A stretch of DNA of 53,203 nucleotides from a virus (lineage: Duplodnaviria > Caudoviricetes), in IMG/VR virus record IMGVR_UViG_3300040733_000015, positions 1 through 53,203 of that record. One strand, 5' to 3'. Both the position numbers and the translations under genes were made by a program. Shown here piece by piece: positions 7,344 through 18,300 of this stretch. Below the pieces are notes generated by a model, which worked only from the letters and a program-made list of their open reading frames with translations, was not told where the DNA came from and did not search any database. The stretch's first letter is position 1. Every line of letters starts with the position of its first letter.

Positions 7344-8077
7344 ATCGCTACCCCGTTCAGCCTGCAAAACTCCCGGACATACTTGGCGTGTATCGCCCAG
7401 GCCAGCCCTTCCGCATCAATGCTCACCCACTTGGTGCACTCAACCCCGACAACCTCGCCCGCCTCACTGATCACGGGTCCGCCTGAGTTTCCCGGACTGA
7501 TAGGCGCGTCAAGTTGGAAGCAGTCAATCACAGCAGTAACAGGGTCGCCCGCCCTGCGCGGATTGGAGACAACGCCCTGACAGAACGAATCAACATACCC
7601 CTTGGGACTACCTATAACCCCCACATGGTCCCCGCGCTCACAGTCTGCCGTGGCAAGTTTGAGATAAGCCGGAGGCGCGAAGTCAACTTTAAACAGCGCC
7701 AGGTCATGCCCGGATGATACCGCCAGCAGTTTGGCGGATACGTTGGGCATCCCGTCCTTAATGACGGTCATTGTGCCGGTCGTCGAACACTCCGCAACGT
7801 GTTTGTTTGTGATGATATGGCCATCTCCAGTAACGAAGAAGCCTGATCCGAGAGCACCCCCGAAGTAAAGGGTGATCACGGCAGGCATGATTGACGGCAA
7901 GACATCTTTAAAGCTGCCGTCCCAGGCAAGTCTCCGCGCCTCCAGGGAAGCGATCTCTGCCCTGGTGATAGGTTCGTCCGGCCTGAATTTATCGCCATCA
8001 CCAACCATACGCCCAGCCTTGGCGACGCGCTCAATGTCCTTTGCGTACCATTTGTTAGGGTCAACGTCTGTAAACAT
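7340..8077 (-). CDS. SLH-domain trypsin-like serine protease
   Basis: FTDV..KWYA..FRPDEPITRAE (SLH); TNKHV, HDLA, PGNSGGP triad. Confidence 0.9.
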   Translation of the reverse strand: MFTDVDPNKWYAKDIERVAKAGRMVGDGDKFRPDEPITRAEIASLEARRLAWDGSFKDVLPSIMPAVITLYFGGALGSGFFVTGDGHIITNKHVAECSTTGTMTVIKDGMPNVSAKLLAVSSGHDLALFKVDFAPPAYLKLATADCERGDHVGVIGSPKGYVDSFCQGVVSNPRRAGDPVTAVIDCFQLDAPISPGNSGGPVISEAGEVVGVECTKWVSIDAEGLAWAIHAKYVREFCRLNGVAI

Positions 8078-8095
8078 AAAACCACCCTTTCATAA

Positions 8096-8350
8096 TTAAG
8101 TTACAGCATGAATCGGTACTTTCGCCGCCAACCATCCTACAAGGGCCATGAGCAGCGAAATAACTAATACCGCCCAATTCGGCAGGCGGTTTCTCAGTGA
8201 ATTAATCGCGGTCCATACATCATCAAACTCTTTTCGGTTAACTTTCGCGTGTTCCTTTAGCTCGTCGTTGATGTTACTCGTCCTGTCCATTGCCACTTTG
8301 ATTTCTGAGCAGCAATCTTTTTGCTCTGGCGGCAATACTCCCACCCCCAC
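8096..8350 (-). CDS. Coiled-coil plus C-terminal TM protein (XhlA/holin-like)
   Basis: Charged helix then one TM helix; first gene of lysis cassette. Confidence 0.5.
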   Translation of the reverse strand: MGVGVLPPEQKDCCSEIKVAMDRTSNINDELKEHAKVNRKEFDDVWTAINSLRNRLPNWAVLVISLLMALVGWLAAKVPIHAVT

Positions 8351-8386
8351 TTGTTTATTTTGTCGAATTTATGTTAAGATTGCACT

Positions 8387-8448
8387 GCAGGCCGTCAGAG
8401 GTTTGCTCTCTGGCAACCCGGAAGGGGCCACCCCCCGCCGGGGCCTGC
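8387..8448 (+). ncRNA. Candidate three-way-junction small RNA
   Basis: P1 GCAGGCC/GGCCTGC, P2 GTCAGAG/CTCTGGC, P3 CCGG..GGGG/CCCC..CCGG; TGtTAAGAT -10 ends 7 nt upstream. Confidence 0.5.
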
Positions 8449-8450
8449 GT

Positions 8451-8951
8451 TCACCTAAACACCAAAAACAAAACCCCCGGTTCTCCAGGGGCCCACACTC
8501 TTTCTTTTTCTTTCCAGTAACAACCCATCCACAGCTGCCAGTTATCAGGCGGATACATATTGCTTTCCAACGTGCGGAATATCACCTTATCAGCCTGTCC
8601 CCACTCTCGGACATTATCTACAGCGTAGACCCATGCTACATGGCCGTACCGTCCTTCGGTATTAACATAAATGCTTCCAGGAACAGGCTCGACAACAGCC
8701 TCAATGGTGTAAACCTTCCCGCTAACAGTAACTTCCCGCCCGGCCAGATTAACCCACTTCTTTGCATCCCCTGCCCAGGGCAATTCTATACCGGTTTCCT
8801 GGTGGACAATAAGCCAGGCGAACCAGACGCAGTTACCGTTTCCATAAAGACTATAGAAAGGAGGATATTCAACTGTTCTGTTAATCCGTGGCGCCGCTGC
8901 GGTGCATAAAAAAGCCGCTACCAAAATAGCGACAAGAAGTAATTTTCTCAT
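8451..8951 (-). CDS. Secreted CHAP-domain cell-wall hydrolase
   Basis: Signal peptide MRKLLLVAILVAAFLCTAAA; GNCVWFA, WAGDAKKW, YGHVAWV, LESN. Confidence 0.85.
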   Translation of the reverse strand: MRKLLLVAILVAAFLCTAAAPRINRTVEYPPFYSLYGNGNCVWFAWLIVHQETGIELPWAGDAKKWVNLAGREVTVSGKVYTIEAVVEPVPGSIYVNTEGRYGHVAWVYAVDNVREWGQADKVIFRTLESNMYPPDNWQLWMGCYWKEKERVWAPGEPGVLFLVFR

Positions 8952-9012
8952 TTTTTGACTCCAGGACAAGGTATTTTTTAACAGTTGTCGAATATAATTA
9001 TTTTTTAACGGG

Positions 9013-9369
9013 GTGATACTGTTGAAAAAAGAATTTAAGGTTCCCTTGGCAATTTTAGCGGCCCTATTAATAGCATATTTCCTCCGCTGGAATTACCATG
9101 CCACCAAATCTTATGATTATTATGTAGTCAAATGGAAAACTGATCGCTGGACCGGCGTAAACTGGACAGAACAATATACCGCCTATGGCGTCGAAGAATT
9201 TCCATCAAACTACAGTTCCATGTCCAAGTTGCAGATCCAGAACAAAGGCGTAGAAAAAGACCTGCTAACCCTGGCATGGTATCTTCTTACCGGCTTAACC
9301 CTCGTCTGGATGCTCAAAACAAACTGGCAGATAAAGAGGCGGGAGCAGAAACCCCCGCCACCTTCTTAG
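9013..9369 (+). CDS. Two-TM membrane protein, opposite-strand moron
   Basis: N- and C-terminal TM helices around a loop; antisense to late operon; TATAAT at 8993. Confidence 0.7.
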   Translation: MILLKKEFKVPLAILAALLIAYFLRWNYHATKSYDYYVVKWKTDRWTGVNWTEQYTAYGVEEFPSNYSSMSKLQIQNKGVEKDLLTLAWYLLTGLTLVWMLKTNWQIKRREQKPPPPS

Positions 9370-12300
9370 TCAAACTCAGCCAATCCTTCATATTCACTCT
9401 GCCGCTTCTTGGGCACAAGTTCCTCCGCCCTTTCAGCCGGCAACATCCCCTTCTTCTGCATTTCAGTCGTTACCCGCTTACTGCTAATCCCATACTCAGA
9501 CAACTTATCAACGGCATTGTTGTACCGCTTTGCATCGTTACTCTGTGCCGCCTTGATAAACTCATCTATCGCGGCAGCCTCCTTATCCTTCTGCTTGCTC
9601 TCAGAGTTGGTAATTATCCGAGATACATCGGTCTGCAGGGTTTCGGCCATTGTTGTGAATCCGAGAGCCTTAACAAACCGGCTTGTCGGGTCAAGCTTAG
9701 CTTTTAGCCTATCCCTTTGTGTCGGGCTTGTGATTTCATCCCCGGAGGCCGCTATCAGCATATTGCCAACGGCAGGAGATATGGCCCGGACAGTCTCGGT
9801 AAAGTTGCCCCTCGCTGCCATCTGCATAGCCCTCAGCACGGTTGATATTGTCGGACCTGTCAGGTCAGAAGCCTGGGAAGGGAAGAAGTCTCCCAAGCCT
9901 ACCCGCTTGGATATGTCAATCCCTGCATTGGAGAAAGCACCATACAGTATAGTCTTGGCTACCGCCTGCTTATCCTTATCTGAGGATGCCCATTCCATTA
10001 GATACTTCTTCGTAGCAAGTTCCAAGTCATCCCCGGTCAGCCAGTTAACAAAGTTCTTAATAGTCTCAATCCCCGGTATCGCATAAACCCCGGACAGAAT
10101 TGCCATCGTTGTCCAGAACCGTACCTTACCTATCGCGTCAAGTTGCCCACCAAACGGCCCTGCCAGTTCCAGCATCTTAATAGGATATTTCTTAAACTGG
10201 AGCAGTATTTGTCCCGGAGGTCCAGCTCTGCGGAATAAGTTGGGAGCATCAGCTACCGAGTAGTCAAACTGGGTAGTATCGACAACCTTCTTGGCGTACT
10301 TTATGGCCTCCTCCGGCGTTTTCCCCTCGCTGATCGCCTTATAGTATGCGCCAAGGCCGGACGTCCTGCGATTCAAAGTTTCAATCCTCTGAAACAGATA
10401 AGTAGAACCCTTGAACAGCAGCCCGAGCTGACCGGCCTTAGAATACCCGGAACCGGTTTCAAACCCGAGTTGCACATCAACGCCCATCTTTTTAAGTATT
10501 CCGATGTCCCTGCTGGCCGGCGCGGACATTCCCAGCGTTCTTCTGCCCAGTGTCGCGGATACCGCTGCCGCCTTGCCCAGTCCTATAGCCGTCCACTTCT
10601 CACCTATGACGGCATTGGTAGCAGATAGCTGGGTTAAGTTAACCAGCGCCGCCGAAGCGTTAAACAGTCCCAGCTTGGCTATGGCCACGGCATTTGTCGC
10701 CATGTTCGCCAGCTTTAAGGACGGACGCGCCCCGGTAAACCCTCCAAAGAACTTACTGATCGCCGGGGTGTTCTCAATAGCCCTGTTTAATATATCCTCC
10801 ACGTGGGAAGGGTTGCCGTTGATGTCCTCGATGTACTCTTTGATGTACTTAGCTGCACCGGAATATTTCTGCTCCGAATCAAACCGCCCGAACTGGCGCT
10901 CAAACCGCGTGATAGCCTTGGATTTAAAGGCATCCAGCGCCGCATAGCGCCCAACCATGTTGAAATAGTGCCTCAGTACCCAGTCCAGATCCTGCTCGTA
11001 TCCCTTGGCGCCCTTTCTCTCCATAAAGTTACCGACAAACCGGCTGCGGTTCTTCATCTTTGCTATGCCGTCCATGAGCCCTTGGGCATCCTCCAGGGAC
11101 ACGCCAAAATCCTTGGCTATCTTGGACTTCATCTTAAAGTAGTTCATGTCCCCGATAACTGCCGCCTGTACGTCCCCGCCTTCAAATTCAAACTGCTTGG
11201 GCAGGATTTTAACCTTATTCCCCTGCACTCTGGCTATTGGGTTAGCAAGCCGGATAGCTTCTGCCAGCGTCCTTGCGGAAAAAGCAATCTCTCCGTTTAC
11301 CACCACAAAGTAATCATGGAAGAAGTGGGGAATGTAGCCCTTGCGGTAGTTTATTTCAGCCTTGCCCCTGTTCATCCTCTGCTTGTTGGCGATATTATAG
11401 GCGTGGTCCATAGCAGAGCGTGTCAGACGGTAAGCCCTAACCACCGCTTCATTTGCCCCGAATAGCTGCCTGAGTTCAGCCGGCGAATACTTCCTGCCCT
11501 CCAGGTCCCCGGTTAAAAGGATCTCCATCCAGGCTTCTTTGTTCTTTTTAAAGGACTCTCTCTTGCTTCTGAAAGGATCTTGCAGACGGGTTTTCCCGCC
11601 GGCCAGAGCAGTATATGTTTCCTCCATGCGCCGGTTGAAGATGTCTCTAAGACTCTCCTGCATGTCCATACACTTCTTGGCCATGTCAACGTAGGGAGCA
11701 ATTACTCTGTGCTTTACCGCCAGTCTGCCGGGAGATTGGAGGTATGACCAAAGACCAGGCCACCTGTCCACCGGCTTGGCCTTATACTGAATATCTTTCT
11801 CTTTAATGCCCAACTTATCTTTAAGGATTTCAGCCGCCCGGTCAAATACATCTATCCTGGCAAAGCCTTCCTCGCCCTCAAGGTATCTTGCGTAGAACTG
11901 CTTTGCTTCGTGGAATATCTTACCCATGTACTTTTTAACCGCATCCCCCAGGTCTTTCAGCATTTCCTTCGACCACTCAGAGAACTTTTCAAAGCCTTTA
12001 GCCAGCTTTGAGGCTCCTATAATGGCATAGTCGGCTATGTCGTCGGCGGGGATACCAGACATAAGACGTCCTTTGCGGGAGGCGATACGCTCCCTGGCTG
12101 CATCTGTTTCTTCGTTTAGCCTGCTGAGTATCTTAACTGGTTTCCTTGCCTCAATGACATTGTTCTTAATAGTAACCTCGTCAAAGAATTTATTTACTTC
12201 CTCAACGTAGTCTTTTGTTTTTCGGTTTTCCTGCCACCCTCTAGATGTTTCTTTGCCTACTCCAGAGGCGTCCCCCTCATATGTGAGGAAATAAGAAACG

Positions 12301-15300
12301 CCGTCAGGCTTTATAGCTTCTGCGGCGTTGGCAATTACATCTGCTCGGTTTTCCGGTTCTTTGATTACATTAAGGACATTGTTTACTGTTGCCGTGTCAC
12401 ACTGACCATTAATCATCCTTAAAATGGCCTTTTCGTTCCATTCCTCGGTGCGATTAAAGGGGTCATAGATGATATTCGATACCCCTTTTTGTGCTAGAAA
12501 TTCTGTAGCGTTGTCAAATTTTCCGCCACCAATATCAGCGTTCAGCGTCCCCGGCCTAAACTCTACCTTGTTAAATGTGGCCGGTACTTTACTGCTGTTT
12601 ATTGATGTGTCGGCAGACGTTATTTCTTGTTGTGGGGTGCTAAACGGCCTCTTTATCCTCTCAGCAATTTTCTTTGAGCTTTCCCAAATCTTTTTGAGAT
12701 ATTGCTCTATATCAGATCCGAACTCTTTAGCCATTTCAGCGGACCACTTAGCAAACTCTGTGGTTCCCTTGGCTATTTTAACTGCTCCAATAATGGCATA
12801 ATCAATTAAGTCGTCTAGGGGTGGTCCAGAAAACAAACGCCCCTTGCGGGACGTTATGCGATCTCTGGCCTTGGCTTCCTGTTCTCCAAACCATGATTGA
12901 TTATGGTGTTCTCGGTAGTCGCCAGAAACAGCGGAAGAACGGCCAGTAGCAGGCGACACTACTTCCGCAACCGGACGATATTTCGTCACCCTGGAGAAAA
13001 CATCTACAGCATCATCCCCGGAAGGAATGAAATATCTGGTTTCAAACTGAATCCTTTCCCTAAACACCCCTTCTTTTTCAAGTTGGGGAGTGTGTTGGTA
13101 TAGATCCTTCCCGATTATTTCAATCCTGTACTCCCCGGAAACGCGCTTCCTGACAATCTTCCATCCATTTGCAAGGTGAACCGTATAGCCATCTTCCAGC
13201 ACCCTGTCGACAATCTCACCCGGAGGCATTTCTTCTTTTGTCCTTTGGGCGTTCAGGTTTTTTAGAACCGAATCAATAATGCGCTCGGGTATTATCCTAC
13301 CCAAAAGAACTTTCCCATCCTCGGTTTTAACTCGGATTACCCTTACTTGGTCAGAACCCAGGCGATCCCAGATGGGCAAAACAGCCCCTGTGATAAGGTG
13401 TACTTTTTGGTGCCGGTATTCCGGCAGTTTATCAAGTGCCTCCTTCCAAAGAGAAGCGGCCTCCTTACCTTCAACCTTTTCCCAATTGCCTTCATCAAGC
13501 CTCGGCTTGTCAATGGGATTTACGTTATCCTTTGATTGCCCATGAAGCTCATAGACATATACAACGCTGCCGTTTTGAAGTGTCCTTGTCCCTCGCTGAC
13601 GTGCTGCGTATATTCTGTTGCTTCTGGTGTTTTTGTAGAAACCCACAAACCTTGAGAGCTTAGCCGCTTCACCGAAGGCAACAGGTGTATTTCTGTGCGC
13701 CGCATCCAGTTCGACATATTTCGTTTCAGCGCCGGAGTTATCGTCAGTGTATACTGTCTTTTCGTCAACCACACTTACCTTGTCGGCCTTAAAGTTTTCC
13801 AGGCCAACATCAAGAGTGCCGTTAGCTGCGGCCCTTTCCACGATAACATCAAGGCGATCAGAAAACGCATCAAATACCTTATTCTGCAAATCTGATTCCA
13901 GCGCCAATAGGCGATTTAGGAACTTGGCAATATCCCTTAGCTCAGGAGCCTCCTTTAAGTTAGCCTGTTCGTCAAGCATTTTGTCCAGGCCCATCTTCTG
14001 GAGAAGCTCTCTGGGTTCAAAGGTTGGTACCTGCCCTTTGACCAGGTCCTCGTAGAACCTCTGGAGCGCATCCTTGGCGTAACTGCTTTCTAGGTTGTCC
14101 TTGGCGCTAAATAAGCCTTGGCTACCTGTCTGTCTTTGTCCCTTGGTTAATGCTCCGAGTTGGTCCAGCCTCCGGGCAATGGAAGATATGAACCTCTTTT
14201 GCCCTTTCAGGTCTGTTGTAACTAAAACGTAGTGAGGCGCATTAGCCTGGTTGGTCCTATGGGTGCGGCCAAACCCCTGAACCGCATTATCGGCCCTCCA
14301 TCCAGGCTGGATAAGGTAATGGATGCGGTGTCTTTGGTTCTTTGCTGTAAGGGAGGCGTGATAACTTCTTCCTGTGCCGCCGGCGTCAGAAAAAACAAGA
14401 ATGTTCTTCTTGTCATCCATAAATGCCCTGGCATCTGCCTCAGCATGTTTGGGGGTACGGGTTTCCCGCACCGCTTTCATGCGCCCGGATTCATCCGGTA
14501 CCTTCACTATCCGGCGGGACCTCCCCGTAATTTCTGCCACATTGCCCGCGCCAAAAGTATTCAGGATTATCTCAAGTGGCCCCTCCGGTACTCTCATGGA
14601 TCCGAGTTTATCTAAAAGCTGCTCTTTCATATGAACCGCTTTCCGATTTTGCACCGGATTGCCCCTGCTGTCAACAACCGGCCTTGTGCGAACATTGCCG
14701 TTATCGTCAGTATATTCCTCGTATTGCTGTGTCGGGAAACTCTTTTCAATATACTGCATAAGCATGTCTCTGGGGGTAAGGGCAAGATCCTCTAAGCTAT
14801 CTCCTTCCTCCATCTTTGCAATCTGCCGGTTTTGCGCCGCCTCGTTGGTGCTGACCAACTGCATAACAACCGCTTTGCCATCTTCAATGTCTTTTTTAAC
14901 CTGCTCAACCACAGACGGCATTTGCGAGGAAGTAAGGACTTGGTTAAAGAACCTCTGCTGCGCTCCCCAAAATCTACTCATGGCGTTGCTTTTAGCATTT
15001 CCGTTTTGCTTTTGTCTGGTTTCCTCCAATGCCTCATTCAGGTTTTGAAGGACAACCTGCCATCCTTCGGCCATGGTGTCATATACTTCAAGCTGCTCTG
15101 GGGTAAGGTCGTGCTGAATGGTGCCGTAAGTAACCCCTTCAAAGCTGAGGTTTCTGGCAATGTAAGCACCCATAGCCTTCATATCACGGGCGACAAGCTC
15201 CATAGCCGCTAACCCACCGGTTTGAATCTTGCCAACAAAGTCTCTCTTGTCGGCAAACGGGGTTCCCTCTCCCCATAACCCAAGGCGATCACCGTAAGCC

Positions 15301-18300
15301 AGGTTTGCAACCTCTGTCGCCCCAGTTGCAGAGACATAAACAATGCGGGCATCGGGTAGCCTATTTTGAAGCTCTATCCCGGCAAGAGCCATAGCGGAGG
15401 GCTTTGTCATGCCCCGCTTGCCCTTCATAGCCAAACTGTTCTGCATGTGGTGCGCTTCATCGAAAGCAATTACGCCGTCGAAATCTTTGCCCAGCCAGTC
15501 CACAACTTGGTCTATCCTGGCCTTTCTATCTTTCTTGATAGACAATTCGCCATCCCTGGAAACCTCAAGATTCTGGCTGAGTGTGTTGTACGTTGTAAAT
15601 AAAATGCCTTCACCTTGTTTTACTGGAGTGCCTTGTTTGATCTTCCCTAATTCAAATATCAGATCGTCGTTGCCGCCAATGTCCCCAAAGTCTCTTTTGG
15701 CATCAACAAACAGGGGATTATTCTTGCTTATCCATACCGCTTTCTTTCTGCCCTGGCGCATGTTGTCCAGAACGATCCCGGAAATCTCGCGGCCTTTGCC
15801 TACGCCTGTTCCATCGCCAATAAAGAAACCCCTCCGTTGTCCACTTGGAAGGGTTTGTTGGTGTGCTTGACCTGCGTATACTATTGATTCTAATTGGGCT
15901 ATGGATAACTTGCCCTCTTTTATAACCTCTTTGGGCAGGTTAGGTGTATAAGTAGGCGTTGGTGGTTCAACCGCTGCCATCGCCGCACTCTGGGCCAAGT
16001 GGCCTGGGTGTTGCTTTGCTCCCGGTATTTTTAGCTTCTGGGGAGCATACGCCGTAAAAACAGCATCGGACAATTCTTCCCCGGTTGCCTTCGCTTCTTG
16101 CGATTCGACTTTTATTCCTGTCTCTGTACCGGTTCCTCGTTTTCTATTAGTGCCGCTTTCAGCCTGTCGATCAGATACGCCGCCGCTTCCACTGGTTCCT
16201 TCAGCCTTGCCAGAAGTGGTGGCTGTATCCACGGAACCCCTTCCTCCGGGCCTTCCTTCGTCAGGAAGCTTAACGCTTTCTCCGGGTTTAGCCCCAGTAA
16301 CCTCTCCACCACTGTCAGCAGATCCGCGTTCGCGTTGCTGTTGTTTACGTCCAGAGATTCCAACTTCCCGTTCTCCAGTGCCCACTTCGGCAGTTGGTAC
16401 AGATACAGGAGGTCTGGGTCCGGCTTTGCCCCCGCTTTCTTGAGAAGCACCTTGCTCATTATGTTCAGGGGTTGTTTGTTTAGTTGGTCTATTAACTGTA
16501 CGGTCATTCTTAACCACCTCCAGGAGTGGTAAAACATCTTCCAGTTGCGTGAAGCTGCCGGTCATGGTCCCGCCCTCTGGCGTTGCCCCGGTTTTGTCAA
16601 CGACTAGGAGTTGAACATCAAAACTTGTGCCATATTTCTTATAGTTGCTCCCGTCAATGCCGACATTCGCCCTTACATTGCACTCTTGTTTTATTTTCTT
16701 CCACCATGCCTTGAAGGTGGCTGCATCATCCGACATGCCGCGCCCAACGATTGCAACAAGGCGCCCACCCGGTTCAAGCCTGTTTAATGCCTGCTCGATG
16801 TGAGTTTCCGCAAATTTGGTTTTTCTCACTCCCTCCATCCTGCCTGCCGTAGCTGAGAACGGGGGGTTCATAATAACCACTGTCGGCTTTACGCTATCTG
16901 GAAGGATGTTGTCAATCTGCTCCGCATCTTCAGTAAATATCTGGTCAAAGCCCATTTCCCTTAGAATCTTTGCCCTGCGGGAAGACAGCTCATTAACAAC
17001 AACCTTGGCTCCGGCGTTATGCGGAAATACAGCAAGGCCACCAATTCCTGCGCTCGGTTCCAGGACAACCTCTTTGGGGTGGACGTTGGCCGTCCATGCC
17101 ACCACATAAGCCAGGTTCGGGGGAGTAGAGAATTGCTGAAATTCATCCTGCTCTGCCGTGCGTTTGGTCTGGGTAGGTATCTTTTCTAGTATCTCTGACT
17201 GAATCTCATCAAGAATTTGCTTTGCTTTGTCAGCGGAAACAGACGGGCCTATGCTCTTTGGGTTTTCGTTAAGATATTTGTTGACACCCAATTCCATAGC
17301 ATCATACGCGTCCTTGGGCGTGTATGTTCCTGCCGCCTGTGTCCCGCCGTATGCCTCATCGGAAGCCTTGAAAAGATCATCAGAGGTAAACCTCTCGCCT
17401 GCTTGGAGTTTTTGGAATACTACATTGGCAACCTTGCCGTGGGGTGTTTCTTGCTTAGATTCTACTCCCGTTTCCGGTTTTTGAGAAGGGGGTTCTTTGG
17501 GAATTGTCTGACTTTTTTCCGGTGCCGGTTCTGCCTTTGCATTATTCGCCTCGGACCACTTCTCGGGGGCATTGGTAAACTGTGATGTTTCTCCGGTTTT
17601 AGTGTATAAATCTATCTCGTAGTGGCCTTTTACTCCCTTGGTGTCCATACCGACAAACTTTTTGCCGTCATGAGCCATATAGGAAATAAATAATACACGG
17701 TGACCCTGTGAGGATACAAGCACTTCTCCGTGCCTAAAGAATTTATCCACTTCCGGCGCCTTTGTCTCCTCTTTCCCTTTCTTAGCCTCCGCGTCTTTCT
17801 GGCCGGCCTTAAAAAAGACATCTTCCAGGAACGGCGGGAAATTATACTCCCCGGTGTCGGGCTTGTTGAGGTAATTCAGTCCTATCCCATTCAGCCCAGC
17901 ATTGTAATAAAACTCAAAGAATTTCTTGAAGGCTTGGGTATGCGGACTAACAGTATCGCCCAGGTCCGCATTAACGTACTCATTAGTTCCCCACTTCTTA
18001 TAAACGGCATTTCCAGCGCGGCCATACTTGGGCTGTTCTGTCGCCACCTGTTTCTGCGGCTTCTGCTCCGGCTCCGCTTCTTTCTTCTCTACCGGTGGCA
18101 ACTTCGCCAGTATCTTCGCCGCGGGATCTTCCTCTGTGTAGAATGACCATGATTTCTTAGGGCCATACCACCTTGCGCCCAACTTGCTGAGATAATCCTT
18201 GTATGTTTTGGTATCCCCGGTAACTTCCCAAACTGTTTTACCGGTCTTGGTGGTACCCTTGGCTATGCTAAGGCCGTAGTCTTTGAGGGTGGCGCCCTTC

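Noticed and set aside
6618-7580. 320-aa + strand ORF
   Set aside because: Antisense shadow of amidase/protease; no motifs or RBS
8387-8448. Known ribozyme or riboswitch (hammerhead, twister-sister, c-di-GMP-I, SRP)
   Set aside because: Conserved core nucleotides not recognisable by eye; kept only as an unknown RNA
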